A DNA stretch of 64,000 nucleotides, from contig OX597818.1 in assembly GCA_951406725.2 (NCBI GenBank), positions 70,990,001 to 71,054,000 of the forward strand, written 5' to 3'. Every line of letters begins with the position of its first letter. The stretch's first letter is position 1. Shown here piece after piece: positions 41,718-55,419 of the stretch. The stretch is from Octopus vulgaris. Lineage: Eukaryota. Position numbers and translations under genes: made by a program. The notes under the pieces are model-generated. The model saw only the letters and a program-made list of their open reading frames with translations, did not search any database and had not been told where the DNA came from.

Positions 41718-42413
41718 TCTATATATATAAAACTCAACTTGTGTGTCTGTGTGTGTATCTGTGTGTGTGTGTCTGTGTGTTTAGCTTCCCGGCACATCTC
41801 CTCCTAGCCAACAAATCGTAGAACCACCAAAAATGGGTCACTTAAAGTTTAGGCGGATGAAAATTGAACTGCGCTATTTCTGTTCCAAAATTCATCTCGC
41901 AAGTGCAAAAATCGATAATGTGTTTGTTTAGGCCTTATCCCATGCATTGAATAGTGAACTTTACTCAGTCAGTTGTTTGACGTGAACTGTGTTCACCATG
42001 CGCGCAAGCATGCATAAATTGCATGAAAAATAAAATATATATATATATATGTATAAAGCTGAAGTTGTCTGTGTGTGGCAGGTTTGATAGCCTTTAACTA
42101 ACACTATCTCCTCCAAGACCCTGCGGTGCAAGTTGACTAAAATTGAGAGTATGATAGAAGAAAGCTTGCTCTTCATTCTGTACAAGAAAAAATTCAAATC
42201 GGACCAAAAATTATTTACATCAAAAAGGTGCTTTTTTTCTATGGAAATCTCTATTTTTTATGATTTTTTGACTGCTGTGTTGCCATTTTTCAGTGTATTT
42301 AAGCTAGTAAAAATGTTCACTTAAAGAGAATAACAAGCTACATAATGCAAACTTTTTAATTTTCAAAAATTCCAATTCTAAAGGGTTGAAACAAAACCGG
42401 GCGATACTGCTAG
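41718..42413 (+). mobile_element. Non-autonomous Helitron-like element(s)
   Basis: 5' TCTATATATATAAAAC followed by (TG)/(TCTG) repeats; 3' ccgggcgatactgCTAG followed by T; a second 5'-like start near 42050; no TIR or TSD. Confidence 0.6.
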
Positions 42414-42414
<1 letters not shown>

Positions 42415-42464
<50 letters not shown>

Positions 42465-42795
42465 TGTAAGATCCAAGGATCTTATCTCTTAACTTTTATA
42501 TATCTTATATATATTACTATATATATATATATATATGTGTGTGTGTATATATATATATATAAGTGTAAAATCCAAGGATCTTAACTCTTATATATCTTAT
42601 ATATATTAATATATATATGTATGTATGTAATATGTATATATTACATATCATGTATATATATATATATATTAAGCATATACATGTGTCCACCTTCATGTGC
42701 ATTTGGGATATATACATGTGTATGTGTGTGTGTGTGTATGCATATATGTATGTAAGTACATACATATGTACATATGTATGTATGTGTGTATGTAC

Positions 42796-42826
<31 letters not shown>

Positions 42827-42870
42827 TGTATGTATGTATGTATGTATGTATGTATGTATGTATGTATGCA
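42415..42870. repeat. (TA)n/(TATG)n microsatellite with an internal ~100-bp-period duplication
   Basis: aagtgtaa.atccaaggatctta occurs at about 42462 and 42561. Confidence 0.9.
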
Positions 42871-43541
42871 TGCATGGATCAAAACAATTTGATTCAAACT
42901 CCTTGGTGCTTTATGCTTCAAAGTGTAATGTTAATGCTCAGGCATTGGAAATTTGAATGAGAGACCAGTTGGAGAAAGTCAATTGTTATTACCAGAAGGT
43001 GGGCTGCAATTGGTCAAGAAAGGTCATGCAGGGTCACAGTTTGATGTTGGTATTTCAGCAACAACAATTACTTGGGAAATACTGCATGGTGAAGAGAAAA
43101 TCAACCGTTTAGTGGACAGGAAATCAGTCGTGTGGTTGGAGAAGTATGTATATATATATATATGAGTGTGTTTGCAGTATTTTGGTTATTTTTTAATTCT
43201 GATTTCTTGTGATAGAATGGATCAAATAAGTTCTTGTTGAAGAATTCATTTTGCTTTCTTATTTATTTTTCTTGTTGTGCTTTATGTTTTTTTTTTTTGC
43301 AACTGGATTCCCTTCCTACAATTAATCTCCAAACCACAGCAAACAATATTATATGTCATGTTATGTCTTATACATGTGGTGTGGTGTAATTCACATTTTA
43401 TATGCAAACTTACATGGAAATAGCCAACCTCCACTAAAAAATAAAATAAACAAAATATTTTCTTTATGTAATCATAGAATAGATTAACCACCAGGAACGA
43501 AATTAAATTCAAGTGTGAAATTTATAGAGCATAGATGAAAT

Positions 43542-43579
<38 letters not shown>

Positions 43580-43584
43580 AATAT

Positions 43585-44282
43585 CATTAACTACATATAT
43601 TCTTAACATATATGCTTCAAATATTTTCTCGTGGCTGCAATATTGTGGTAGAGCATATATACTCTCAAAGCACTGGGTGTCAAAACATGTCAGAGTCATA
43701 GAGAGGTAAGATAACGCACCTTCAATCTCATCTGAGAGTGATGGACACTGATGTTTTGCTGTTTTTGTGGCCTGTCAACATCACGTACCCACCAGGGTTG
43801 AAGACAAGTCACCTGGCCAGTGCACAACTTACATGCTCATAGCTTGTAAAACCATGTGCTGGCATGTCTGGAAATTGCATACCTAAGAGAAAATTAATCT
43901 ATGAAGTAAAGCAGCTCTACTATAGTAAATATTATTAACCACATAGACATAATGTATATGCTTTGTGTATTTTCTGTTGGCTACAATAGCATTGTGGAGA
44001 ATATACACTCTCAAAGTGCCAGGTGTTAGAAAACGTCAGTCATCGACAGGACTGGCTTTGGGGACTTGGCTTCAAGCCCGCTGAGTACATGATGTTGACA
44101 GGCCACAAGAATGGCAAAACATCAGTGTCTGTCACTCCTAAATGGTATTGAAGGTGAGTTACCTTACCTATCCATGACTCTGATGTGTTTTAACACCCAG
44201 CACTTTGATATCTTCCACCACACTATTACAGCCTCCTCCAGAAAGTACACGAAGCATGTGCATTAAGTATATGTGGTTAATC
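43585..44282. repeat. Composite direct + inverted repeat element
   Basis: 43585-43820 is inverted at 44050-44282; 43585-43693 is repeated directly at 43934-44040. Confidence 0.8.
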
Positions 44283-44549
44283 CTATCTATTGTACTAGAG
44301 ATGCTCTTACTTCATATGTAGATCATCATCATCAACATCATTTGGCATCCGGCTGGCAAGGGTTAGACAGTTTGACTGGAGCTGGTAAGCTGGAGAGCTG
44401 CACCAAGTTCCCATCTGATTTGGCATGGTTTCTACAACTGGATGCCTTTCATAATGCCAACCACTCCAAGAGTGTAATGGGTGCTTTTTACCAGCACAGG
44501 CACTTTTACATTCCACCCGCACAGGTATCGATTATGTGACATACCTTAG

Positions 44550-44935
44550 ATGACCCAAGTTATTTAAACAAGCAATGGAAAAAAAAAGTGGAGAAAAACA
44601 GAAAAAAAATTAATATGAGAAGTATAGAAAATATAGCAAAGTACCAGGACCGAGCTATTGAATTAGAGAGACTATGGAAAGTGTGGGTAAAATGTATCCC
44701 AGTAGTTCTAGGTGCATTGGGAACTATCCCTAAAGATCTGAACAGATAGATAGAGGAAACAGAGATAAAACCCAGTTTAGAATAACTACAGAAAACAGTG
44801 TTATTAGGGAAAGCTAGGATAATGAGGAGGGTTCTTGGCTTCGAATGCTGGTTGTTGTAGCCTGATGTTGGGATTCTTTTCTTTTCCAACAGTCTTATCT
44901 GTTGAGTGTATATGAATAATAAGAATGATGATAAT
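44550..44935 (+). mobile_element. R4/Dong-like 3' end running into TAA repeats
   Basis: KYQDRAIELERLWKVWVKCIPVVLGALGTIPK reading on the + strand. Confidence 0.75.
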
Positions 44936-45004
44936 TCTTCTTCTTATTATTATTATTATTATTCATATTGATCTTATGTAATAATAATGATAACAATAAT
45001 AATA

Positions 45005-45445
45005 ATAATCATGTACTTGTTTTGTCTTGGTATAGAAGATGGGCTACAGTAAATATTCTGCTCAATACTATAGATTTGCTTGTCAGTTGATTGACCATAA
45101 CCAGTTGAGCATGTCCATTAGTGGCTGCCAATATGTGTATCTCTGATCACAAACAGAAGTAGTTGGGGAGCATCATAGCCATGTATTGAGAAGAATTCTT
45201 TGGGGTTTGAATAATTCACCTCTGGAAGCATGGGTGTTTCATTCAACATCCTTAAATAACTCTTATATTGGGAGTTTTTGAGCAGGGTGGGCTTAAGAAA
45301 ATTGTTACTGAGTCCCACCTGCAAGGTCATGCACTGTCTATCTTGATATGAGATCACCATGTCGTGCACATATGGCTGTGATGCATGTGCCTGATGTACC
45401 CTTATCCGATGGGTAGTCATGATGGGTATATTGGGCTTCTATAAT
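45005..45445 (-). mobile_element. (TAA)n-associated non-coding repeat
   Basis: Reverse complement of 54890-55310; flanked by TAA repeats. Confidence 0.8.
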
Positions 45446-46282
45446 AATGGTACTCATCTCACATCCAGTTTTCATGCTGTCTCATGGTGAATGGTTTGAC
45501 TGGATCCAGCAATTCACAGAGTTGCATTAAGCCCTAACATTAGTTTTGGCATAACTCATATACCTGACTATTCCTCCTAATGGCAAGTACATTATAGTGT
45601 GTACTGAGTGGCACCAGTACAAGTGAGGTCACTAACTTTCTTTCGAAACAAGATCTTCCAATCTAAGAAATATTCCTCCCACACATATTTTAACACTGAG
45701 AGAGAAGGGTGGGGCAAGCCAAACCACATTACAGTGGTGCTTCCTTTTACAGGTATTAGGCCCCAATGCTCCAATGTTTCACAGATGTATGAACTACTGA
45801 TAGTACTATATATATATATATATCTATATACACACACACACAGACATATATACATTTTTTATCTTTTCTTTTATCTTCTACTGGTTTCAGCCAAAGGCTA
45901 GAGCCATGCTGGAGCATTGCCTGTAAATGTTTTGGGGTCTCCTTTCTTTAATGTTTTAGTGAAGAAGTGAGTTGGATGGAGCCGCTCTTCTTTGTGCCTC
46001 CAGCTACAATGCAGGTTCATCTGGGTTTTACGTTAGAAACTTGTTTGGGTGCTTTTTGAAAGTTTCCAAGTCTACACTGCTCAAATCTCTGGGGTTATTT
46101 GGTAGGATGTTAAACAGTCATGGTCCCCTGAAAACCAAGCTGTTGCAGTACTGGGTCCTTATCCAAAATGAAGAGGATGGGATCTTTGGCATTATGCAGT
46201 ACTGTCCAGTTTGGTGGTTGGTATAGCTTTTAATTCCAAAGTTGGGAGTTAGACCTTCCAGGACTTTCCATATGTATGTCAC

Positions 46283-46323
<41 letters not shown>

Positions 46324-46906
46324 CTCTTTATCTCTTTCTCTCTCTCTATCAATCTCTCTCTATCTCTCTCTCTTTCTCTCTTGATATATATATATATCGA
46401 GTGAATGATGAACAAATACATATATAAATGCAGCTGTAGAGACCATGTTACAACAGACAAGTGGAGTCTGGACAGCTTTTCAGCTGGTCAGCACCAGTTA
46501 AACCGTCCAACCCATAACAGCATGGAAAATGGACAACTAAATGATGATGATGATAATATATTGGCCACTTCCTTGTTCTCAAGAATAACCATCTGTTGAA
46601 GTATTTCCAAATTAATGCCATGGGTGAGCAGCACAGGTGTGACTTTGCAGGTCAGAAAGTGACCTACACTCTTTGGCCCAGATGTTACATACATGATTGC
46701 CCCCAACAAAAGGAGCCACTTGTTGGCCATCATTTTCGTCTGTCATTTCAGGTTCCCAGCAGATAGGCAAACCTTGCAGCGTTCATAGCATGTTGCCATG
46801 GTGTCGGTAGCAGAATGAGATTCCACTTGCTCTACGTCACTTCTTTTCTGACTTTTCAATCCTGTTCTGCTGAAGCAGAATCTAAAACACACACACACAC
46901 ACACAA

Positions 46907-46945
<39 letters not shown>

Positions 46946-47319
46946 CTTTCATCAATAATAATAGCCTGCTGGCTATTTGCAACATCAATATCTGAAAAGA
47001 TGCTGACATTCTGTATATCGTAGCAGCAAGATTTGACTGGCATCTGGTGACAGACACCTCCCACTGATGATTTCCAGCAGAATGGAATCGTATATGGAAG
47101 TTCTGCTGCCCATGACAGACGAGTCTCATCTTCTACAGTTTATGTGTGTTCTTTTATACATAAAGCACATATACGAGAGGATCTCTCTAGGTTAATAATG
47201 TTGTATTCAGTGTTCTAACAAGACATCCACATTAAGTTGGATATAGAGATTACCTTTTGGTATTAATTCTCCTTCCATCACTAATATTTGATACTTGTAT
47301 ATATATATATATATATAAA

Positions 47320-47348
<29 letters not shown>

Positions 47349-47350
<2 letters not shown>

Positions 47351-48115
47351 CAGAATGTTGAGGCTAAATTTGACAGCTTGCACAAAAGGAAAAGAAGATA
47401 TCCCAGCCAAAAATAAAAGCATTTCAAAAGCAATCAAAACCTATCAACTAGATTATGGTTGAGACAACAAATTACTGGCCACCATCAGATTCCACCATGG
47501 TCTCAAGACAGCTCCAGAATCTGGAGCATGCATTCCTCACTGTGTCCCAGGGAAGATCTTTGACCGCTAGCTCAGCTTGGTGTTGCAGATCATCCCTGAT
47601 TCTATAGGATGCTTCATCTTGTTCAGGAGCTCCTTTGCTCTCATCAACTAGTTCTCCTTGGCTGTTGGAATTTGGCTCGTGCACTTCTTGTATGAATGGT
47701 AGCAAAGATCCTTATTCAACTTCATGGTGGTGACTAACTCCCTCACCAAAGCCTAGATTCCCTTGCTCGGATCTTTCATCACCTTGACCAACAGTTGTTA
47801 GATGAATTTTGGCCATGCAGATGCAGTCCAAACATCTGTTGTGCTGCTTCCAGCTGGCCTCAGCTTTGTAGTCCCCCTTTTGGCTGTACATGTCTCACAA
47901 CCTTTAAGGTGTTCACAGAGCATTTGAGCAGCAGCACTCATGAAGTCAGCAAATCCTCATGATACAGGTAACTCTTTACCAATGTTCAGCTGATTCTCAA
48001 TTACAACTTCAATCTTTATGCTCTCCAACGCCATTGACTGTTCAGCAATAGATCAAGTTGTTCCTGTAAAAAGAATACAGGAAAAAGATCCTCAAATTGA
48101 GCCCAAACCCTGTAC
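47349..48115 (-). mobile_element. Internally deleted Tc1/mariner (maT-like) fossil
   Basis: TIR-like tacagaatgttgaggctaaatttga and tcaaattgagcccaaaccctgta; transposase C-terminal TVRNACSRFWSCLETMVESDGG. Confidence 0.7.
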
Positions 48116-48199
48116 TTATATACATCCATCATCATCATCATTTAACGATGATGTACTGGTGAACAGTCAATGGTGTTGGGGAGCATAAAGATTAAAGTT

Positions 48200-49380
48200 G
48201 TAATACATGTATTCATATATCTCCCTCTCCCCCCTCTTTTCCCCTGCCCACTATTCTTGGGAATATCATGAACATATACATAATAAAGAATGGTGTTTGT
48301 TAATTAGTTTGGAGTACGTAAGCAATTATTATAGCTTGCAGTGTCTAGAAAATTCATATAAATTCCTGTTTTTATCCAAAGGTGGTATTCAAAAACCTTT
48401 TGCCATTCCTGGTGCAATCACAAAACTACCTTTTATTCATTGTAACATTGTCATTTTGCACCAGAAAGAAAGTGATTTTTAATGTTTCCCTTGATATGTC
48501 TAGAAATGTTAAGGTCGCACAAGTATTTGCAGAGTTACTGTCTACAAGACTGCTCAGACCGAATGTTTCTCCAAACCATAAGTTTAATCCAGCATCAGCC
48601 AAATTATATTGATTCCAGTAATCCTTCAAATTTGTTAGGTGTTGTTGAAATCTGAATAAGAAAATTGATGTTAATTTACTAATGTTAATTGTGCCAAATA
48701 TAACCATGTCTCATTCTCTTTCAACTGAAGTACCTCCCCATCCAACTGTCTTTACTCATAACTTTCTGAAAAATGGTTTTCATGTTGTGCAGATTACGAT
48801 TATATTGGAATATCTATTGTTGTTTTGTTTGTTTGTAAAAAGATTTGTTTTTTATTTTGGAGCAGGGCGGAGATTTAAAGAATTCATATAACTTACTTTT
48901 GCTTCCTCATAACTTTCATGTCTTCATGATGTTGATTACAATTATGTTTTAAAAAATTACTCTTGAGGACAATTCCACCATTTCCCTTCTCCAATTCGAT
49001 AAAGGAATATTTTCAATAAAGTTGAAATTTTCCAAAGATTCAGTGTTAATGTGGGAGAAAAAAAGAATTATCAGAGCTGAATTTGTCGGTATGGCTGCTT
49101 GGCATGCTATTATAGGCCATGGAACATACACGCATGGTCCCTGTTATTTCTATTTTTCTAAATAACCTGATAGAGGATAGGCTATCTGTGAGTTTGTATA
49201 AAAGAGAGAGATTATCATGACTAAATTAAGTCAACATAATGACTGATTTCTTCATAGATTCTAAAACTGTCTTTGAATGCTTGGTATAATTTTTAATGTA
49301 TTTTCTAACTTAGTTGATAATATTAGACAAATAATGATATTAAGGAAAATTAGATATAACATAGATAAAATTATACAAAC
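48200..49380 (-). mobile_element. Penelope-like element RT remnant
   Basis: Minus-strand reading with LTFLDIS in an RT motif-7-like context; heavily decayed. Confidence 0.45.
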
Positions 49381-49927
49381 TGGGAATCAAATGTGTAAAT
49401 ATCATTCAGCGACCAGCAGAAAATTGCCCAGAAGGAAATCTCTCTGCTGGTATATGCATGTAGGCATATGTATATGTACAACAAGAATGGACAGCCACAG
49501 TTCAGAGTGACATGTGTATTTGACGTGATTACAGTTTGAATGTAAGCATGATCAATTTTGTTAACTGGCAGTTCCATACCTGAGATGGAGGGAAATTATA
49601 TTATGAAGTAATACACATGGAATTGATGAATACTTTACTTCTGAAACCTGTACCACACTGGACTGTGATTGTCCATTCTGGTCATTTTATATATGTACAC
49701 TTACTACATACTGTGCAATGTACATTGCGACTGGAACTGGAGATGTGCAGCACTTGTCATCTTGTCAAAATTATAACAAATTTTGTAATTGGACAAAATG
49801 AATTCTAGACATTGATTAATAATTTTATTGATCTATTAATATTCCTTAGATCGTTCTACACTAACCAATTGAATTGTATAATGGTTGCAAATGAGCTAAT
49901 GACCATGATCTACTTGATCCCTATTAA

Positions 49928-49958
<31 letters not shown>

Positions 49959-49963
<5 letters not shown>

Positions 49964-50268
49964 CAACAATTGAGGGTAAAATTAATTAATTATTAATCAA
50001 TTTCACCAAGTGTTCAGTATGCAAAGGGACCATTTAAGGCGAATTCAAATTATTACATTATATAAAAGGGCTTAGTAAAATAAATTACTTGCGCATACTG
50101 AACTCATTAGAAATACAGCTAAAAACTTTTTAAAGCTATTTCTAATACTTAAAGAAAATTTTCTTTAAGTATTAGAAATAGCTTTAAAAAGTTTTTACTG
50201 CTATTTCTAATGAGTTCAGTATGCGGCAAAGTAATTTATTTTACTAAGCCCTTTTATATAATGTAATA

Positions 50269-50272
<4 letters not shown>
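49959..50272. repeat. (TA)n-flanked element containing a ~226-bp spacerless palindrome (50047-50272)
   Basis: Centre aaagaaaa|ttttcttt at 50158/50159; arms complementary with few mismatches. Confidence 0.92.
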
Positions 50273-50317
<45 letters not shown>

Positions 50318-50330
50318 TGTATGTATATCG

Positions 50331-50643
50331 ATTTATAATAGTATAAAATACAATTATAATTAAGGGCATAAAAGCGACTATGCCTATGATGAAAATAGAC
50401 ACCAAATCATCAAACCACTTAAAAATGATCACTTTTATAATACCCAACATGTTGAAATCAAGGGAGTAGGCTCACAGAAATTCATAAATTAGTTAGCTTT
50501 GGATTGATCAATTTCTGGACTAGTCCAATAACTTTTCCTCAGTGGTAATTTTTAAGTGGTTTGATGATTTGGCATCTATTTTCAGCATAGGCACAATCTC
50601 TTCTATGTCCATAATTATAATTGTATTTCGTACTTTTATAAAT
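50331..50643. repeat. Diverged foldback (arms about 100 bp) between (TA)n tracts
   Basis: ccaaatcatcaaaccacttaaaaat pairs with atttttaagtggtttgatgatttgg; outer parts also pair. Confidence 0.8.
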
Positions 50644-50693
50644 CTCTATATTATATGCTGGCCACTGATAAAATCCATAACAGTTTTATCCTT

Positions 50694-50732
<39 letters not shown>

Positions 50733-51022
50733 AATGAGAAGGCCTGTCAACCCAAGTGAGATCATTGTCATGGCTGATGGTGATGTTTCGTAACTGGCAC
50801 CTGTGCTGGTGGCACATAAAAATCAGTCACTACACACTTGGAGTGGATGGCATTAAGAAGGGCATCCAGCTGTAGAAACCATGCCAGATCAGATTGGAAG
50901 CTGGTGCGGCTCCCCAGCTTATCAGGTTTTTAAAAATAGAACTGGGGTCAATTACTTTGACTAAAATCCTTTAAGGTAGTGCCCCAGCATGTTTCAGTCG
51001 TTGGTCTGTGACCATGCTGGGG

Positions 51023-51078
<56 letters not shown>

Positions 51079-51458
51079 GTCATTAGTAAGGTTGAGTCTA
51101 AGTCGGAGTTCATAACACAGTTGGACTGGATGGTTCTGTTGAAACTGATATTCAGTATTTGGTGACCCAGGTTGCAAGATCCTGCTATCCTTTTAGAATT
51201 ACTTAGCATAGGAGAGTCATTAGTAGTTGTTGTACTATTATTGTCTAGATTTATATTTAATACATTTTTAAGTGTATTTATATATCTATATATTTTGAGT
51301 ACATGATTTATTACACAATAATTTTACAACAAAATACATTTTAGGAACCTAGCTTTTGTCTCTCATCCTTACTTTTCCTATTTTCCTGTGCCTCAAATAT
51401 ATTGAGCATTTCGATGAGTCCTAAATATATAGAGAAAATTTTATCTCTTGGAAATAAA

Positions 51459-51499
<41 letters not shown>

Positions 51500-51529
51500 T
51501 GAATATACACATATTTATATGTATATATA

Positions 51530-52430
51530 CACAGGCCATGAACAGGGTGTTATTAATAAGTAAGAGTTAGCCATAGGTACAGTGGTGAATTTAGTGTACA
51601 GGTAGGTGTCCCCCCCCCCCCATTTCATCGTCGTCCTCCAGGCCATAACAAGAAGAATTTAAAACTATGCAAAGGATTCTGCCTTCATAGCAGAATCTAA
51701 AATAGAATTAGAAAAGGAATTCCAGGTGTGGAAAGAGAACCTAGAATGAAAGGGTCTTAAAGTAGACATTGTGAAAACCAAAATCCTAATAAGCAAGAAA
51801 TCAGAATGGACCCTTCACCCTTCAGGTAAATGGCCCTGCATGGTATGTAGGAAGGGTTTATGCAGAAATTCCATTTGGTATACCCAGTGCAAGCTATGGA
51901 CACATGAAAAGTGCAGTGAAATAGTTGGAAAATTAACAGAGAAAGTAGCGTTCATATGTGATAGATGTACAGATGCCATACAAACTACAGATACATAGGA
52001 AACTGATATCTTCAAATGTCCTGGTGGCTCTCAGGAAGTTGTAGATAATTTTCGCTACCTAGATGACCTAATTAGCAGAGGAGGATGTTGTACAGAAAGT
52101 GTAATTACTAGAATTAAGAATATAATAGAGAAAGGTCAGAGAAATTTTACCTCTTTTAGCAACCCAAGGTCTTTCTCTTTGAATCAAGGGAAGATTGTTT
52201 GATGCATGTGTACAAACTGCAATGCTGCATGGCAGTGAGACATGAGTCCTGAATGCAGAAGAAAATCAAAAGCTGGAAAGGAATAAAGTTGGTATGCTCC
52301 ATTGGATGTGCAATGTCAGTGTGAAGTGCAGTAGAGCACTGGTGTATTGAGGGAGAAGTTGGACATAAGAAGAATTAGATGCAGTGTGCACTAGTATGGT
52401 CATGTGATGCAGATGGATGAAGACTGGAGG
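51530..52430 (+). mobile_element. Decayed RTE LINE fragment
   Basis: KTKILI, WPCMVCRKG..CKLWTHEKC..CDRC, FRYL and MLHGSET remnants; homologous to 26620-27570. Confidence 0.85.
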
Positions 52431-52444
52431 GCTATGATGAATAA

Positions 52445-52770
52445 GGGGGGGCTGAGGGCTGATCCATGGTAGACCCCTACTTATACCTGGAATTCTTCAC
52501 TATACTCATTGCCAACCATAACCTTCCTAACGGCATCTCTGTATAGGGCCTGTACAACCCTTATTAACCATTCGTCAATCCCCAGCTTCCACATTGCCCA
52601 CCAGATAAGGGATCAGAGGACCCTATGAAAGGCTTTTTCCAAGTTCACAAAAGCCAAGTATAGGGGTTTATCTTTGGCTAGGTATTTCTCCTGCAGTTGC
52701 CATACCAGGAATATAGCATCAGTGGTGCTTCTACCTGGTACAAAAGCGAACTGCATCTCATCTAAGCAGA
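52445..52770 (-). mobile_element. RTE RT N-terminal fragment, opposite orientation
   Basis: Minus reading [42 protein letters not shown]. Confidence 0.85.
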
Positions 52771-52776
52771 CTCTCT

Positions 52777-52836
<60 letters not shown>

Positions 52837-52892
52837 TATATTTATATATTTATATATTTATACATATATACATATATGTGCAGATGCATATA

Positions 52893-52923
<31 letters not shown>

Positions 52924-53611
52924 CATACATACATACATAAGTAGGAAACACCCAATCATAAAACCTATACTGAAGCTGACAGACACTCCATCATCATCAT
53001 CATCATCATCATTCATTTTACATGTTTGCGTTAATTAAACAATCTGACAGATCCACCAAGGCTCAGAACTGCATTGAGCTCTTGTGTCAGCTTTAGCATG
53101 GTTCCTCAATTTACTTGTCCTTCTTAATGCCAACCACCTTACAGTCTACACTGGGTGCTTTTTTATGATTAGCTAATGAAGTGAATATTTTGCATTTAGT
53201 TGTAAAGTACATGCTAATGTGGGCTAAAAAGTGCCTCTTAAAATCCACAGAAGAACCAATATATATCTTATTTGACTTTTATTTTCTATTGTGTATATGA
53301 CACATTTATGATCAATATATACCTCTGGCAGTAACCATTCAACTGGCATTTATCAGGTATTCTCAGGTTGCATTTATTTTTTATTCCATATTCAATTATA
53401 ATAACTGTTAGTCCTTTCATTGTTATTATTCATGCTCAAGTTTAAACTAGTATTTTTAATGCTTGAACTATTAATAGCGGTCAAAATACTGTTATTCATG
53501 TTGTGATTACACAGACTATCATTATTAGTCACTTGAATACAACTATCGCTAAGAATAAAATGAATAGTCATATTGATACCCATCTTTTTGTTGCTATCAT
53601 TTAATATAGCT

Positions 53612-53790
53612 AGGGCATGGCTGTGTGGTTAGGGAGCTTGCTTCCTAGCTACATGGTTTCAGGTTCAGTCCCACTGCGTGGCACTTTGGGTAGGTGTCTT
53701 CCACTATAGCCCCAAGCCGACCGGAGCTTTGTGATTGAATTCGGTAGGTGGAAGTTACTGCCGTGTGTGTATGTGTGCGTATAGCTGCTC
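53612..53790 (+). mobile_element. tRNA-derived SINE head (second family)
   Basis: ggcatggctgtgtggttag (A-box-like), ggttcagtccc (B-box-like); homologous to the reverse complement of 16465-16630. Confidence 0.8.
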
Positions 53791-53989
53791 AGCGCCTCTC
53801 CGAAAGTGAGAGAGGGAATGTGGTTGCTACTATTATCAATGCATACAATATTATTGCCACCAACATGGTCCACATTAATTTTAATAATAGACATCAGCAG
53901 GAAGAGGCTGCTGAGTCAGTAATAGCAAGTGTATAAAGGAATAAAATCACCAACTTTAAGGGGAGAAATATGATTATTATTATTATTTA

Positions 53990-54745
53990 TTGCCTTTGCA
54001 CAGCTTCTAACACTGGAGATGTTCTACGGTGTCAGTTGTTCACTACCAGTGAACTAAGGTAACACCCCTTATTTTTCGAACACCATCCGGAATATTCAAG
54101 CGGTTTCAAGCAGTGCTGATTTCTGCAAGTGTTCCACCCTTAATGCAGCCCCTATTTCTTCCATGTAATTCTCAGGATTTTTACTCACTGTTCCCAGGGC
54201 TTCGACAATTATTGGTACTACTACCACCTTTTTCAGTGACCACAACTGCTTAACCTCCCAAGCTAACATGTCATATCTATCGCCTTTACTTTCTTCCATA
54301 TTTCATACCTTGTTGTCAGCTGGACATGCTATATCTATGATCCAGCATCGTTTGCTTTCTTTCTCAATTAAGACTATGTCTGGTTTCCTATTTTCTATCT
54401 CATGGTCACACTGAATCATAAAATCCCATAGGATCTTTGCATTATCATTTTTGATGATGCCTTTGGGTTTATGTTCATACCACTTTTCTGTTCTGTCAAA
54501 TCCGAACTTGTTGCAAAGTGTCCAATGGACAAACCTTGCTATATTGTCATGACGTCTCATATATTCTTTCTGGGCTAGTGGCATATATTGACTGGTAATA
54601 TGTCATACGGTTTTGCCATTTTGTTCACAAATTCTGCACTTATCACTTCCTGATGTGTTGTCTATTCTGTATTTGATGTAATTCGTTCTTAATGCTTGCT
54701 CTTGGACAGCACAGATTAGAGCCTCTGTTTCGGTTTTTTTTCTAC
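53990..54745 (-). mobile_element. R4/Dong-like LINE 3' end (zinc knuckle + RLE)
   Basis: TETEALICAVQEQALRT, CRICEQNGKTV, RRHDNIARFVHW, RKPDIVLI..IIDIACP, VVVVPIIV. Confidence 0.9.
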
Positions 54746-54782
<37 letters not shown>

Positions 54783-54786
54783 GTTA

Positions 54787-54835
<49 letters not shown>

Positions 54836-55372
54836 CAGTGAGGGAGAGAGCAGAGCATGCCATCAAGGTGACACTGGGATAAAATCTATGGAGCTCAGTA
54901 TACCCATCATGACTACTCATCTGATAAGGGTATATAACAGGCATATACATCACAACCATATATGCACAAGATGATGAACTCATCTCATGATTAACAGCAC
55001 ATGACCTTGCAGGTGATGCCCAGTTAAAATGTTGATCAGGTCGAGTAGCCCATCCCACTCTAAAGGTCCCTGAATAATGATGTTCAATGAAACACCCATG
55101 TTTTCAGAGATGAATTATCCAAACCTCAACACATACCTTTGGTGCTCCCCAACCATTTCTGCTCATGATCAGAGATGTACATATCATCAGCCGCTTAGCG
55201 ACATGCTCAACTGGTTACAGTCAAACAGATGAGAAGCAAATCTGTGCTATTGAGCAGAATATTTGCTGTGGCCCATCTTTTATACAAGGACAAAACAATA
55301 TACATGATAACACTTCCAATTAGTTAAGATCAGAAGCCATGAGAGCCACTACCTGGTACTGCATCAAGGCAA
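54836..55372. mobile_element. Longest copy (~540 bp) of the (ATT)n-embedded non-coding element
   Basis: (ATT)n on both sides (54746-54834 and 55373-55417); partial copies at 15558 and 45005. Confidence 0.85.
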
Positions 55373-55374
55373 TA

Positions 55375-55417
<43 letters not shown>

Positions 55418-55419
55418 TA

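Noticed and set aside
47060-47100. CTGATGA followed by a short stem
   Set aside because: No GAAA box or stem III/I arrangement follows.
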